Counted from the stretch's first letter, positions 12,821 to 26,734 are shown. The stretch is DNA of 64,000 nt from Tubulanus polymorphus (GCF_964204645.1 NC_134030.1:12979947-13043946), one strand, 5' to 3'. Notes: generated by a model from the sequence alone, not told the origin. Numbers and translations are program-made.

Positions 12821-15050
12821 CAAGAGCCCCAAGGGGCACAATGGCCAGCCTGTCAGATTTGCTTTTTATAAATGATGTAATCTGTGGGTTATATTTATCA
12901 ATATACACTCCCTGCTCAATATCATTTACATAGTAAAATCGTGTGTTAACACAGACAGCAGGAACGAATGTTATATAGAAATACTAAGTTATTGTATTGT
13001 TCAACGCCCCCTGGTGGCCATAAAAAAACCAATGAGCTTGAAACTCACCTCGATCATAGAACATGTCATGAGCTACAACTTTCCAATTGATTATAGTAGC
13101 AAAATATGCTTAAGTATCAATTATGATGTGGAAAAACTTTTTTTCCACCTACGAATGAGTACTGATGACCCCAAGATGGCTGCCAAGTGCGTCATAATTG
13201 CCTGGTCAAAAATACCCTCTTGGATATAAAAGATCCCTTTCCAAAGAATACCCATTACAAATTGCAATGAAACATGGCGCACCATTAGAAAGCTACAGTA
13301 CTCAGAATTCAGGCCAAAATTGACATTTTTGGGAACAAAAAAGGTCACAGTACGGCCATCTTGAGTCCGATCGACTCAATTTTTCTCATGCCGATGGGCC
13401 CTCGGTGGATACAAATATATACGAATGATCAAGGTTATTGATAAAAGTGTCTTCAAAATTTCCCTCGAAAACTTCAAAAATGTGTAAAAAGTGCTGATTT
13501 TGGCGAACAACAATGGCTGCCAGTCGGCCATCTTGAATCTGACAAGGCCAGTTTTTGGCCTGAAGATGTGTCTAGGGTAGATACACGTATAAAACAAATA
13601 TCAAGACATTACCTTGAAGCGTCTTCAAAAATTTGGAACTAACACGAACTATCTAGATGGTTATCTCTCGACCTCAATAGCTTCAAGACCCATCTCAAAA
13701 CAACTTTGTTCCATGCAGCATACCATTAACTCTCGGAAAGCGAATTGTATTTAACATTTTTTGGCAGAATAAAATTTGATTGAATTTGCAATTCGGGCAC
13801 ATGGCTAATAAGCATATCAAGGTCATACACCCGATTTGGTAAAACCTTTTTTTCGCGAACCTTGCGCAATTGTCAAGGATGAATTTTCTGTAGAGCAAAT
13901 AAAAATTCCTCCCAAACACCAAATCAACTAAAGATTTCATAGAAATCGATCTTGAAATACGATTTTAAATCTTAAAATAAAACCCGGAAGTAAAACAGTA
14001 GACGATACCGCGGATTCACGTGAACACCTGATTTCTGTAAACGAAATGTTGGTTGTGACAAAATTGTTCAGACGGTTTTAGGTGGTAATAAGTACGGAAA
14101 CGTAACGACCATGGTCGACTTATTCGATGAAATCAGGCCTATGTGATATCCAAATTTTGACTTTTTTATTCTCCAGACCTCCCTGATATAGAAATAAAAA
14201 ATTTTGGTGGTACGAAAGTGCAATCACAGCGTCGACGGGGACAGAGCCGTGTCAGAGATCGGCGGAGTGAAAATTGAGGTGGACGAACACGAAGAAGTAG
14301 GCTATTGCGCTACTTGAATCACGAAAACTCCTGGCGCGGCCCCGACGCTTTTCGTTGATTAAGTAATACAAATATCATGCAATGGGTTTTCACAATCTAC
14401 CGCTGGTATTTACCGGATTTCAATATCACTCCAAAATTCAAAGAAACCTCAAAATATCGAACCGGAACACTTCCGGTAGATATCCGCGGCTGCCCAACCG
14501 GGAAACTTATTTGTTTCAATAGATACGATCCATCATCTTCACCCGTCAAGGGATTCGAACCCACTAAGCTAAAGCCATGCCAGAATCGGGTCGGGCCAAT
14601 CACAGCGCTTGTAACAAACCACATTAGGCTTCTGTGGAATTTCCCAGTAAATGGGCCAATCAGCGAACACGTAGCGAACGCGGAAGTATTGTCGCGTGTT
14701 GATACATGACGTCATGCGCAAAAGCGCCAGTAATGAAATCGCGATAATTCACGTGAACAGCTGCTGATATTTTCAGATAAACCAATCACAGGGAAGACAC
14801 AACTTCCTGATTGGCTGATAAAAATTGAAATTTTCCCGATTTAACTTTCGTGAAAAATGCAGAAAACATTTTTATGAGACCCTATTTCAAAATTCTGCTC
14901 GCTACGATTCCGAGAATGGATTACGCTTAAATACGTGAATTGTTCGAATATGCCCTCACTTGGCAAGCAAAAGAGCCTTTTGTGTGGAAACCATGTCATT
15001 TAAATTCGCTCCATTTGTATAGTAATAGGCTCAGCCTACGGCTGGCCTAA
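12821..15050 (-). mobile_element. HINE-like family D
   Basis: Ends caagagccccaaggggcacaatggccagc and taggctcagcctacggctggcctaa; no TSD relative to the empty site at 52701-52717. Confidence 0.75.
12977..13635 (-). mobile_element. HINE-like family B internal fragment within family D
   Basis: Colinear with 17035-17690; lacks both termini. Confidence 0.75.
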
Positions 15051-16013
15051 TAATCATAGGAAGCCATTCTACATCTTTGTCAATAATATTTTGCCAAATA
15101 GCTTGTATGTGTACACATAGACCTGTGACGTTTTGCACATCGATTTACGGTTGTCGTTTGTAAAATGACGCTGAATGGTTAACATTGTTTAGGTTTCATA
15201 GTGGTAACATTTTATAAGGCGTCAAAAAGGCAATGGCCTTGAAACTCACCAAAATCAAAAAACATGTCATAAGCTACAACTTTGCAATTGATTGTGGTGA
15301 CAAAATACGCTTAGGTAACTTTTTTCCACCTATGAATGAGTACTTGATGACACCAAGATGGTGGCCAATTGCGTCATAATTGCCTGATCAAAAATACCTG
15401 TCTCAGCTAATAAAGATATCTGTTCTGGGCCCTTGGGGGATACAAATATATATGAAAAATCAAGGTAATTGATCAAAGCGTCTTCAAAATTTCTCTCGAA
15501 AACTTGAAATGTGTAAAAAGTGCTGATTTTGGCGAACAACAATGGCTGCCTGTCGGCGATCTTGAATCTGACCGGGCCAGTTTTTGGCCTGAAGGTTTGT
15601 CAAGGGTAGATACATGAGTAACCTCAATATAACGACATAACATTGTAGCGTCTTCAAAAGTCCCCAAAATAACTGGATTCCGTCTACGGACAAACGGACA
15701 GACAGACGACGGACGAAAAGTGAATGTAATAGCCTGCTGGGACCTAAGTCCCAAGTGGGCTGAAAATGAGTAAAAATTAATGATTTCAGCTGACAACACT
15801 GGCTAACAGCCGATCAGTTTGGGGGGAAAGAAGTGTCTGAAAAACCAAATATCAACACAATCCATCCCAAAATAACTACATTGTGTCTACGAATGAATGA
15901 ACAAGTGCCCAAATGGACAGATGGAAAAAAGGTGAATGCAAAAGCCCGTTTGGGCCATGACCAAGTAGGCTAGAAAGTTATCATTTTGTATATTTTTTAA
16001 AGTAATTACATAC

Positions 16014-16187
16014 CTGAGAATGGAACATCACGTAGCACTGTAGGGACGAGTCCTGACCACAATGACATTACACCTCCTCGTTCTAACGCCAGATTCACTG
16101 CCTTACCAATATCCATGTAGCTTAACTTCTGTGACTGCATTTTTGTTCGAATCAATTCAAGTGGACTGATCACTGCAGCAGCAAACA
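16014..16187 (-). CDS. SLC25A40: SLC25A39/40-like carrier, coding exon 3
   Basis: ttacag acceptor; VFAAAVISPLELIRTKMQS...LWSGLVPTVLRDVPFS; gtatgt donor; phases 1/1 consistent with the neighbouring exons. Confidence 0.95.
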
Positions 16188-16557
16188 CTGTAAGATGATA
16201 AATTGCGTGGTAATCGGTTGATCGAAACTACTCAAGATGTATTTAACCTCTTCACTACAGCAGATAATGTAACGTACCTCACCAGGATTCGAACCCAATG
16301 GCATAATTCAATTCAAATAAATTCGATATTAGAGGCTGTTAGAGGTACTAATCCTCCATCTATGAGTAAAAATTGGAACTAAATTGAGGCAGACAAGCAT
16401 ATAGTATGGCTACACGCCAGCAGTGAAATGACTCACCACACCAGCGATTGTAGTAAACACATATATCGGCGACATAAATATACGTCATGCATGGTGAGAG
16501 GTCAATATTTGCGACGTAAATATACATCACAAGTGGTAATGAAGAAGTTAAGATCAT

Positions 16558-17778
16558 CCTATACAAAAACCAATGACCTTGAAACCCACCACAATCATAG
16601 AACATGTCAGCAGCTAAAATTTTGTAATTGATTGTGATAACAAAATATGCCTCGTTACCAATTTGATATGGAGTTACTAAGTTACTTTACTATTCAACGA
16701 CCCCTGGTGACCATATGCAAAACCCAATGACCTTGAAACTCACCACAATCATAGAACATATCATGAACTACAACCTTGCAATTGATCAGGGTAACAAAAT
16801 ATGCCTAGGTACCAATCTAATAAGGAAATACTAATAGAACGATAACCACACTCAAACATGGTGAACGGATAATAAGATAAAATCCCACTATTTACAGATT
16901 AAAAGAATTTAAAAACCAGAATTTATTTATTCAATCAAAAATATATAAAAGACACGACCTTTCGATCTCACCCTAGAGATCATCGTCTTTTTAAATTCTT
17001 TTAATCTGTAAATAGTGGGATTTTATCTTATTAAGGAAATACTAAGTTATTCTACTATTCAACGCCCCCCGGTGACCATATAGAATAACTAATGTCCTTA
17101 AAACTCACCACAATCATAAACAATGTCATGAGCTACAACTTTGCAATTGATTGTGGTAACAAAATATGCTTAGGTATCAATATAATGTGGAAAAACTTTT
17201 CCCCACCTACGAATGAGTACTGATGATACCAAGATGGCCGGCAATTGCGTCATAATTGGCCGATCAAAAATACCTGGCTCAGGTAAAAAACATCCCTTTC
17301 CAAAGAATACCCTTCACAAATTGCAATGAGAAATGGTAAACCAGTAAAAGTACAGGATTCAGAATTTGGGCCAAAATTGACATTTTTGGGCACTAAAAAT
17401 ATCATAGGACGGCCATCTCGAGTCCGATTGACCCAATTTTTCTCATGGTGATGGGCCCTTGGGGTATTCAAATATATACAAAAGATCAAGGTAATTGATT
17501 TAAGCTTCTTCAAAATTTCCCCAAAAAAATTCAAAAAGTGTAAAAAGTGCTGATTTTGACAAACAACAATGGCTGCCAATCGGTCATCTTGATTCTGACA
17601 GGGCCAGTTTTTGGGCTGAAGATATGTCTAGGGTAGATACACGTATAAACCAAATATCAAGACATTACCTTGAAGCATCTTCAAAACTTCCCAAAATAAC
17701 TGGATTCCGTCTACGGACGGACGGACGAAAAGTGAACGCAATAGCCCGCTGGGACTAAAGTCCCAAGTGGGCTAAAAA
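16558..17778 (-). mobile_element. HINE-like family B copy (left end missing)
   Basis: 154-bp units, conserved body, (acgg)n and terminal hairpin gcccgctgggactaaagtcccaagtgggctaaaaa. Confidence 0.85.
16835..17031 (-). mobile_element. Mini Penelope-like insertion (pseudo-LTR remnant with inverted segment)
   Basis: 14-bp duplication taaggaaatactaa (16821-16834 and 17032-17045); ~44-bp inverted repeat; GACGAT-stem-GAAA motif and AATAAA on the minus strand. Confidence 0.6.
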
Positions 17779-18084
17779 TTCAGATCAAAATTCATGTTAA
17801 TAGCAGTTGTTTTTGTTAGGTGGCAGCACTCTATGGAAATAGTTGTTGATGCCAGCGCAGGAATTTTGCAAGGTGGCAGCACCATACGGCATACAGTTAT
17901 GGCATCAGCTGCAGTAACTTTGGATTTCATGTCAAACTTTTCAGAATCTTTATAGAATTTTCAAAATCTGGTGTCAGTGATTGAAATTGTCAACGGCATT
18001 TTGAAGCCGTCGGTACAAAGATACATCAACGGTTACGTTATACATCGTCGGCAAAAGCTGTCGATTGCCGTCTTGAAATTCAAC

Positions 18085-21000
18085 CCAAGGTACTTTATTA
18101 TTATTGACTGTACTGACGCTCATTCTTAGTAATGAAATTTGACAAACAAAACGAATAAGGACGGAATTTCATCGATGGCATATATGCTAATTAGGCCAAT
18201 TTATAGTCCATTGCATTTTAAACAAACATTTTAACACACTTTTTTAAGCAATAGAAATATTAAACAATATGCAAATATCAAGAATAACACAATGAAGCAG
18301 AATAGGCCCTACTAGAAATTGAAAAATAAAATTTGAAATGTTTACCATTGTTAAGGTAAGAAATGGATCAACTAAGGGAAATAATTCAATATACCTCTAG
18401 TAGGCACTTGTAAATTTTTTTCAAACAGGAGATAGAGTCCTGAAACCAATTTCATGTGAAAGAGCAAAAAACAAAGCCAATGGTATATAACTTTTCTTTC
18501 TAGCTCACCTAGTAGCGGAAATATTAAAATTTAAGTGTATGGAAATTAGTCACCTTTTGTCTTTGATTTAACTAGACAAAAGACTGAAAAACTGTGATTG
18601 TTTTATGAGATTTCTTACTGAAACAGCCATAACTTTTCTCACAGTAAAGATAACTACATGAAATTTTCAGCAGACATACATCCCAAGGTTTTCAACCCGA
18701 GACAAAATTTTTGAATATCCTTGACCTTGACAAAGGTCACCATGACCTTGAACTTCATATGACCTTCGATGTGAGTTTCGCGTCTAAAGGGTAGCTGAGC
18801 TTTGCAAACATTTCTTTAAGATAACAGTGCCCAGAAAACAAGTTGCAACATCATAACACATCAGTTATACAGAAATTAGAACAAATAAAGCCAAATTGTG
18901 CGTTATTTGGCGGCCATATTAGATTTTTTATGGCGGCCATATTGAATTAACGATTTCACCCCACCTAACCTAACCATGCCTTGTAGGGTATCAAAATTTA
19001 GGTTTTTACTTGTAGATTCCAAATCTAACCATAAAAAAACAGAAATAAGGCATGTATGTGGGTATATATATCCACAAGTATTTCACCGATTCATACCTTC
19101 AAGCTAATTAATAAATGTCAGATCTCCAGTCATAAAATCGCAGATGATTTGTGGAACGGTCAGCTTGTAATCTTCAGCATCCTGAAACGTTTCATTGGCT
19201 GTCCAATAAGCAATGCGCACTGTTGGAATTTTAGCTTTGGACTTAGCCCAAACAATCTTTCCCAAATAGGTGGACTGTTCCGCACTTTCCAAGTCATGCC
19301 AAGAATGTTCAATGAGGCGGTCACTGAGGCTGTTGACATCATTAAGTATTTTGGATATAAGTTCTTTTTTTTCAGCATTACAATCAAAGTCCTTGAAAAA
19401 TTGTTCAGGGTCACCATTTTCATACAGTGACCTGATAGCTCTTTCCATTTTTCTACGATGGCTCATATCACACTTTTGCACTTTGTTGTCACTGCGCTTT
19501 TTCCGCTCATTCATTATTGACTTTGACCTTTGTGTGATTATTTTCCTCATGTAGCGAGCACGATTCACACTGAACGCAACAATATTTTTTTGTTCAGTTA
19601 CAGGTTTGCTATCAAGCCATTCTATAGTTTGATTCTGACACGATTTTATCTTGCCATCAAGAAAACCAACAGTGGCGTTCGGAGCTCGTTTAAAATGATG
19701 ATCAGCCAAACCCATCACTCTTTCAGCAAACATGTTATGAGTAGGAACAGATTGAGTTTGTTTGAGCAATTCCTCTGAAGGATTTGCTAAATCACCATTA
19801 ATATAATCATGTAGCTGACGTTCCAGGACTTCATACAACCAGCCATCAAACTGGAAACAATAGAACAAAACAGTTGCTCTTCCTCAGAATCAGAGAGTGG
19901 TGTCCGAAGTGCCATGAATGTCTTGTCTTGAGCGACACCGTCACCAATCAAAATAGTTCCAAAAACATCAGTGTTGGTTCTCAACACCATCAATGGGTCA
20001 TCTTTATAATTTTTCAGTTTAGCAATACATGTTTTCATAGATCCACTAGTTTGGAGGTTAGTCAAATTTGCAGTATTGGCATAAAAGACTTTCATCCATG
20101 GTCCAGTCAATAGCTTTCCTATGATACCAAGCACTCTCAGGTGAGTCAAGATCAATGGATTTTTCATATCCTTTAATAGCGCAGGTTTCAATGGATTACT
20201 AACATTACATCTGGTTTCCAGGTAAGTAACTAGTAGATCACGTAAGCTGAAGACAACAGCAGCCAGATGGAATATAACGTGGAAACGATTTCCAACATAA
20301 CGGGGTAATGCACCAGTGCTGAGACCATTTTGAGACAGAAACAGTTTAAATCCACCAGGATCCCCTTTACCTTGTTTGAATCTCATTTTTGATAGCCCAT
20401 ATAACAAATTTCCTGCTCTACAGTTGCTACCATAAGTGTAACTTTCAATATCTTGATCAAATTCTTCTTTTAATAACTCACGACATTTACGAGCTACACT
20501 TTCTAACGGGTGGACATTACAATTCAAATATAAAAGTTTAATATCCAAATCGGCTTCAAGTGCACGCACTGTAGATCCATTTACATTCACCCTGTCACTG
20601 AACGCATTTTTCAAGTGACCGATCACTTTTGATTGTACACTAGATGCTGAAATACTATGATAAGCAGCATAAGTCTGTATGACGTCATCTAACGAATCTT
20701 TTATGTGTTGTACATAGTCCCCGGTTTCACCACCAGAAAGGATTCCTATTTGCATAATATAACTAGATGGTGGGACACTACATGTGTTGATATGTACCTC
20801 GTTGACATGCTCACCCGACAGTGATGTTGAATCCCATGAAATGGTAAGATTATCCTCGTTTACTAACACCTCTGCCACCTGAAGGTCACTGAGGACACCG
20901 AGTTCATAGCTGAAATAACTAACAGTAGAAGCATCAGGTTTTTTATCTACTGAATATGGAGTCAGGTTCTTGAGCACACCGTCAATAACGTTTCCAACCT

Positions 21001-22795
21001 GTTCAACGGACACTCGACTCTGAAGACACAAATAAGCTGCCCTTCGAAAAGAATCTGAATAAGTTTTTTTGTCTTTCTTGACACTTATAGTTTTAGCAAC
21101 TGACTGTTCTTCATCCAGTTACTGTGAATAAGTGTCAACAGAGGTCTGAAGATCTTTCACTTGTTTTTTTAAATCCGAATTCTGCGATTCTAACCGATCT
21201 ATTATCAACTGCATCTCTTTTTGTTTTTTTAACAAAATGTCAATTTGAGACTTTGCCGCCAAAATTCCTTTTGAATGTTCACTATCATCAAGTTCTGACT
21301 GTAACGTTGCAACATTTTTCTCTAAAGCTTTAATCTTACGCTCCTTTTGATTCAGGTCTCCATGTAGAGCTTTAGCCTTAGCACGTAAACTGCTTTCAAT
21401 GTTCTTCTTACGATTAAGTGACTGCTGAACTGTTCTGGGAGACGCTGTAGATTTAAGTTGATATATAAGACTGCGTTTCGACTTAGAGACCTCCTTAATT
21501 GCAATCCGCTGATTCACACATTTGGCACAATCAGTTCTAAATTTTTTTGGAGAAGGCGAGTATGAAGAGCCAAAGTTCATACGACGTTTATATGACTGCT
21601 GCTCAGATTGTCGCGCAGTGGTGAGAGTTAAATCACTTGTACCTGGCGTAGCTACACTATCCGGAGTCACTGGCACTTCAACAATTGGTTCTGTTAAATG
21701 AACTCTTGCTGGAAGTTTGAAACGCTCATTGAATAACTGCTCCACTTTCGAAATATCTCTGGTGGGGTTCTTAATTTTCTTGAACTTATCAATAGAACGG
21801 CCTATGACAGAGACCAAATTTTTATGATCAGGCAATTGCGCTGGATCACAAACGCAAGTTTTCAGATGATCAGCAACTTCAGAATTTACAGCGTTTTTTG
21901 ACTTGGTACCGGTACTTGAAATCTTCTGTTTGAGAAATTGAATGTGCCCATTTTCCAAACTACTGGTTGAGGTGCATCTGGAGATATAGTATATTGTTCT
22001 GTAAGGGCATCCATCTGTAAAATAAAGAAATAAATTTCTCGTAATAAAATAAATGCTTAAATTGCTTTTATTTATACGTTTTTGACAAAATAGGCCATAT
22101 AATTTCAGTTTTGAAGATCTGGTTGATATACTCCACTGATTTGTTCATTCAAAAACATAGAAATAAACAGTGTATCAGCCTAAAAACTCTAGGAAAATAA
22201 AGCACGTGTTAATGTTTTTATTTTGGTGTGGTCTAGACCAATCGCAGCACAGTATAGCGGTCACGTGATCAAATCACGAAAATTGTAAACACCTCAAAAG
22301 GCACTTCAAAATCATACTTCAGAAACTTAAAATGATTTCTTTACACCAGTAACAAATTTAAAACACTCAAATTCACTAAATAAAAGTGGTTTTGAACAAG
22401 TATCATACCATAAATTAATGTAATAAGGAGAATTAATCAGGTCGTTTTCATGTCCAAAATGGCGGATTTCGTCTTCGACCCGTCTAGACACTTCAATTGG
22501 CGGATCATTTTAAGTCAAGTGCGGAATCGATCCCCTCTTAAAAACCACATTTACTAACTTTAAAACACATGACAGTATAGAGGGCTGGCGTTTTTGAGAA
22601 AATGAAACATCACGCAAATGAAATAATTATCGTTGAACTCACCTTAATTTTTCATGGTTGATGAAAAATAGGAAATACTTGCTCGATTTTCACAAGACAA
22701 AAACGAAAATGTCCGCCATCTTAAAAGCTTCCACGTGATGACGTCATCGCGTATCTACGTCATCGGGGTTCCCGGGGAACCCGGAAATACCACGG
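18085..22795 (-). mobile_element. Divergent hAT-like (hATx/hAT19-like) DNA transposon; boundaries tentative
   Basis: Imperfect inverted ends: ccaaggtactt at 18085 vs aaataccacgg ending 22795; contains a DDE-type ORF; no TSD seen. Confidence 0.55.
19104..22014 (-). pseudogene. DDE transposase (hAT-like) with one nonsense codon and one frameshift
   Basis: ORFs 21119-21958 and 19787-21031 share a frame across TAA 21119-21121; frameshift near 19830 into ORF 19104-19868. Motifs WDST, SDRVNVN, CNVH (CxxH), GNRF, HNMFAER. Splice acceptor near 22015. Confidence 0.75.
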
Positions 22796-22881
22796 AGTGT
22801 AAAAAAAAGCAAAATCGATCGATCACAGTTTCGCGTTGTCGACTGTTACACTGTGAGCTGGCAGAATGTACAAGTGCCTAC

Positions 22882-23259
22882 CTCTAGCCATGCTTCCTGC
22901 TACAGCTGGAATCCAAACTTTATTCTTGTTACCAGATTCATTAAAGCCCATCCTAACTTTAAGTTGATCATACGCAGTGAAATAAATCATTGTAGCTGGC
23001 ACAGCCATCACCAATGTTGGTGGCAAACCACTCCATAAAGAGCGAAGTCCTTCGTGACGTGTTATTTTAACAAATGCATCAATGGTACCATTAAATGTTG
23101 AGCCAGGTAATGGTACCTTATACCAGGCTTTACCATTTTGTCCATTTAAACATGCGCACACATGGTCCATCAAACCATTACAATATAAAAAGCACTGACC
23201 CATATGGAATGGTTTTTGTTGAGCCTGTAGTCGGATTTTAACCACATCCAATGGCGTAA
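22882..23259 (-). CDS. SLC25A40: SLC25A39/40-like carrier, coding exon 2
   Basis: tttcag acceptor; [14 protein letters not shown] (carrier signature PxDxxKxR), [15 protein letters not shown] loop, [32 protein letters not shown]; gtaggc donor, phase 1. Confidence 0.95.
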
Positions 23260-23799
23260 CTGAAATTATACACAAATCAAACTTAGGATCCATGAAAATA
23301 CAGACAGTCTATATTTTTATGGATCAATCTATAGGAACAATGAGACTTGAATGGTCAGAGCAATCGAAGAAAACAGTTGGCGCTAGTGCATAATCTTGAG
23401 GGACAGAAAATCTATTTTGAAACTAGCAATTGTAATTTAGGCCTAACTGAAAATTAAAATATCATCTTAGGTAACAGTCAGTAATATTGTGTCATATCTT
23501 CATCAAGCTCGAACAAAAGATTGATTAGAAACATTTCTTTGTTTTAATGCATTATCACAGGAGCAACTGCCAGTCCTGTCTGGTCCTAAGAACACTTTTA
23601 TCTGAAATGTACCACCAAAACTGACCGAGCTAGCCCACTTGATATGCTCTCTATAAGATTTAGCCGTATACGGCAGCGGGTTTACTTCCACCATTTGACC
23701 ATACATCGTCACCAATTGGCTCTGGGCCAGCGTATTGCTTGCCTAACATGTTTCCACTAGACCACCAAGCTCCTTGCAAACCAGATTTAAGTTTTAACA

Positions 23800-24085
23800 A
23801 CATATACATATCCTCTAACAGATTACCAGCTCCCCTTCGAGTCCAGATAACTGATAACCTCAAATGGCATAGGGCCTACCCATATATTAACAAAATCACC
23901 AGTAGAGCCAATTCCACATTAGGATTCCTCCACTGTAACCTAAGAAGGTTTCCACAGAAACAGAAACGTACAGCTTACATTGCTTTGATTCACTCAAGTC
24001 TCGAATATGAATCCGCTGTATGGGACCTATCATACACGAAATCTGACATTGAGCAGTTGGATGAATCCAAAGGGGGTAGAGGGTT
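23800..24085 (+). mobile_element. CR1-type LINE RT fragment, convergent with the adjacent LINE
   Basis: VQITDNLKW...INKITSRANSTLGFL..NLR...LEYESAVWD. Confidence 0.8.
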
Positions 24086-24109
24086 AACTGCACTCATAGA
24101 ATAGACGAG

Positions 24110-25640
24110 AGTCACCGTTTGAAGGATTCAGTCGACGGAGCGTTTTACTTCCTCAGAGAGATGGTTCCAGTCAATGGTAGTCCGCACAAAGAATGAATTC
24201 GAACATTCAGAGGTTTTGGTATTCGGTACCACAAAACAGCTACTGTTATTCCACACACTACGTGCAATCGGGCTTGACCTTACAAAGTCTGGATTGAACC
24301 TAGGCTTGACGAGGCGTTTAGCCCTAGCCAGTTGTAAATAGTAGTGTGGACAGCGGATGGCGGGCACCAACCCCCAAACAACCTTTATTATACTGAACGA
24401 GCCGGATGTTTTTACGTCTAGCACTAAGGTCCTGCAGCGACAAGGTTTCTAGCATACAGTTGACGCAACCTGGATCCCTTGAATGATAGTCGTTACACAC
24501 AAACCGGGGAGCGCCACGTTGGACACGTTCCAACTTGTCAATATCTGATTTAATGATATGATCCCAGACCGCCGCTCCATACTCCAAACAAGATCTTACT
24601 AGAGAGCCATATGCATTCTGCTTACAGTTTCTCCAACAGAAACGCAAATTTCTTCTAAGAAAGCCAAGAGTGGAACTTCCGCGCTTAGCTACATTGCCAA
24701 TGTGAGGTGACCACGATAGGTCCTCCGACAGACTGATCCCAGGTATTTGCAGGAGGTAACCTGTTCCAGGATATGTTCATCGAGCTTATACATATATGAT
24801 GAGTGCTTGAAGTTATCGCGGGAAGGTTTAATACTAAGAACTTGACACTTCTTAGCATTAAATTTCATTGACCAACAGGCGGCCCAAAGTTCTAGATCTT
24901 CCTGTAGGGTGATGTGATCTGTGAATGATCGGATTTCTCAGAGACAATCATCGGCAAAGAGTCTCGCAGACGATTTAACGCATAACAGGAGGTCGCTTAT
25001 GTAAACCAGGAATAGTAATGTTCCAAGCACAGTCCCTTGTGGTACTCCTGATTTAACTGGTATTGGATTTGAGAGTTCACCATCAACTGCAACCTGCATA
25101 CTACGATCAGATAAACATGATTTGATCCAGGCATGTATATTATTGTCGATACCGTGACCTCGGAGTTTATCTAGCAGTTAACTATATGATTCCAGATCAA
25201 AAGCTTAAGAGAAGTATAAAACTATGGCGTCTTTTTGTCTATGACAATCAAATGATTTGACAAAGTGGTTAAAGGTGCATTATAGTTGGGTGTCACAGGA
25301 GTAACCTTTCCTGAAACCGTGGTTTAGATCTGTGAGTACATTATTCTCCCCAAAATGGACCAATAGATGTCTACAAACAATATGATTTAACATTTTACAC
25401 AGCACAGAAGTGAGGGAAACGAGGCGAGTTACTTGCAAGGTGACGGTGACCCGAGGAAAGACTTCAGAGGAAACTATGTTCCCCGAGAGCCAGGACTTGG
25501 CACCGCAGATTATGTCTGGTTTGGTGTATGCTAACAAAGCCTTAAATGACGCTTCTTTCTAAACAATTCTTTGACAATTAATGTTCAAAACCCTGAGGTT
25601 AGTTTTGCGCGGTAGACCTGAAGTGTAGGTTGTGTCATTC
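24110..25640 (-). mobile_element. Decayed CR1/Zenon-like LINE (APE start plus RT, internally deleted)
   Basis: LRVLNINC...PDIICG..SWL joined directly to VSLTSVLCK...HGFRKGYSCDTQL, SGVPQGTVLG, RLFADDC, LEYGAAVWD, SFFVRTTIDWNHL; many stops and frameshifts. Confidence 0.9.
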
Positions 25641-26734
25641 CATATTGATGATACTGATGATAACTTTCTCGGTCTGCTCCCAGGCGTGGAAGGATGTTGT
25701 CCTCGAGGACTACTTGTGAATAGCGGTTGGGGTAGTTTTGCACGGTAGACACTGGGGAGTTCCGATTTTTTGAAACCAAACAGATCAGTAGGCCGACGAT
25801 AAGTAAATACTATAACATACGGCCAAATAACGAAAGTAAATACTTTGCCATATTCGGCTAATATCATTTCGTTGATAGTTTCACTCTCTGTGAGTGAAGT
25901 GTGACTGCGTGTAGAGTCTGGATTTGAGGGGCTGTAGGAACCATGCCAATGCATTTTGCCTATCCGGGTGACGAAGAATATCTTTTTTCCCGCCACTACC
26001 GTATTTGACCTGGTCTTTACAAACGACGCAGTACGCCACGCCAGCTAAGTCTAACTTACGAATGTAGTTCGATAAGTAGTCCCCGTTACTGTCCTAACAC
26101 TCTAGCCAGTGCCAGTTAAATTTATTTTTTATACCGCTTTCCGTGCGTGCTCATTTTGCAGACCGTCCCGCTTGACAGCTGCAGGCAAAAGGAAAGTTAC
26201 AAAGCTGCGTGCCTCAGGACAAAGCACGCGCATGGTTATAATTAAGATGATACTTATTAAATATCATCTTAATTATTACCACGTGCATCTTCACATTGTT
26301 GGCCATCAGCGGGACGATGTACAACGGCGCGTAAAGATAATTGGAAATGGCGTCACAACAGTGGCGCTCCGCCTACGCACGCACAGATACCACAACAAGC
26401 ACACATATATACATTGTAGCAGAACATCCTCAGAAACGGAGACCAAGATAAAATAACACAGAAGCGACGACGAGTACAAGCAAACGAACGCTTTTACGGT
26501 CCGTGCCATTACTGGTCGCCGCGAGGAATTCTCACCAAATTTCCGGAATTGACATCGGCGATCCTAAATTTCCGGAATTCCGGATATTTCCGGAAAACTA
26601 GCATCTCTGCATATTGTAAAACTTTCAAATCATGAAGTCTATTTTCGGCTCAAGTTTAAAATATGGAAAAGTAGTCCAATGGCCTTTTTACCTGACGTAT
26701 CAATACGCACAATGCTGACCAAAGATTTGCCAAT

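Noticed and set aside
23700-23775. tRNA-like A-box (also near 57030; B-box-like ggattcgaacc at 16284 and 47454)
   Set aside because: No cloverleaf; at best decayed SINE pieces.
26109-26509. Hydrophobic ORFs upstream of the CR1 remnant
   Set aside because: Possibly LINE 5' sequence, but no recognisable motif or splice support.
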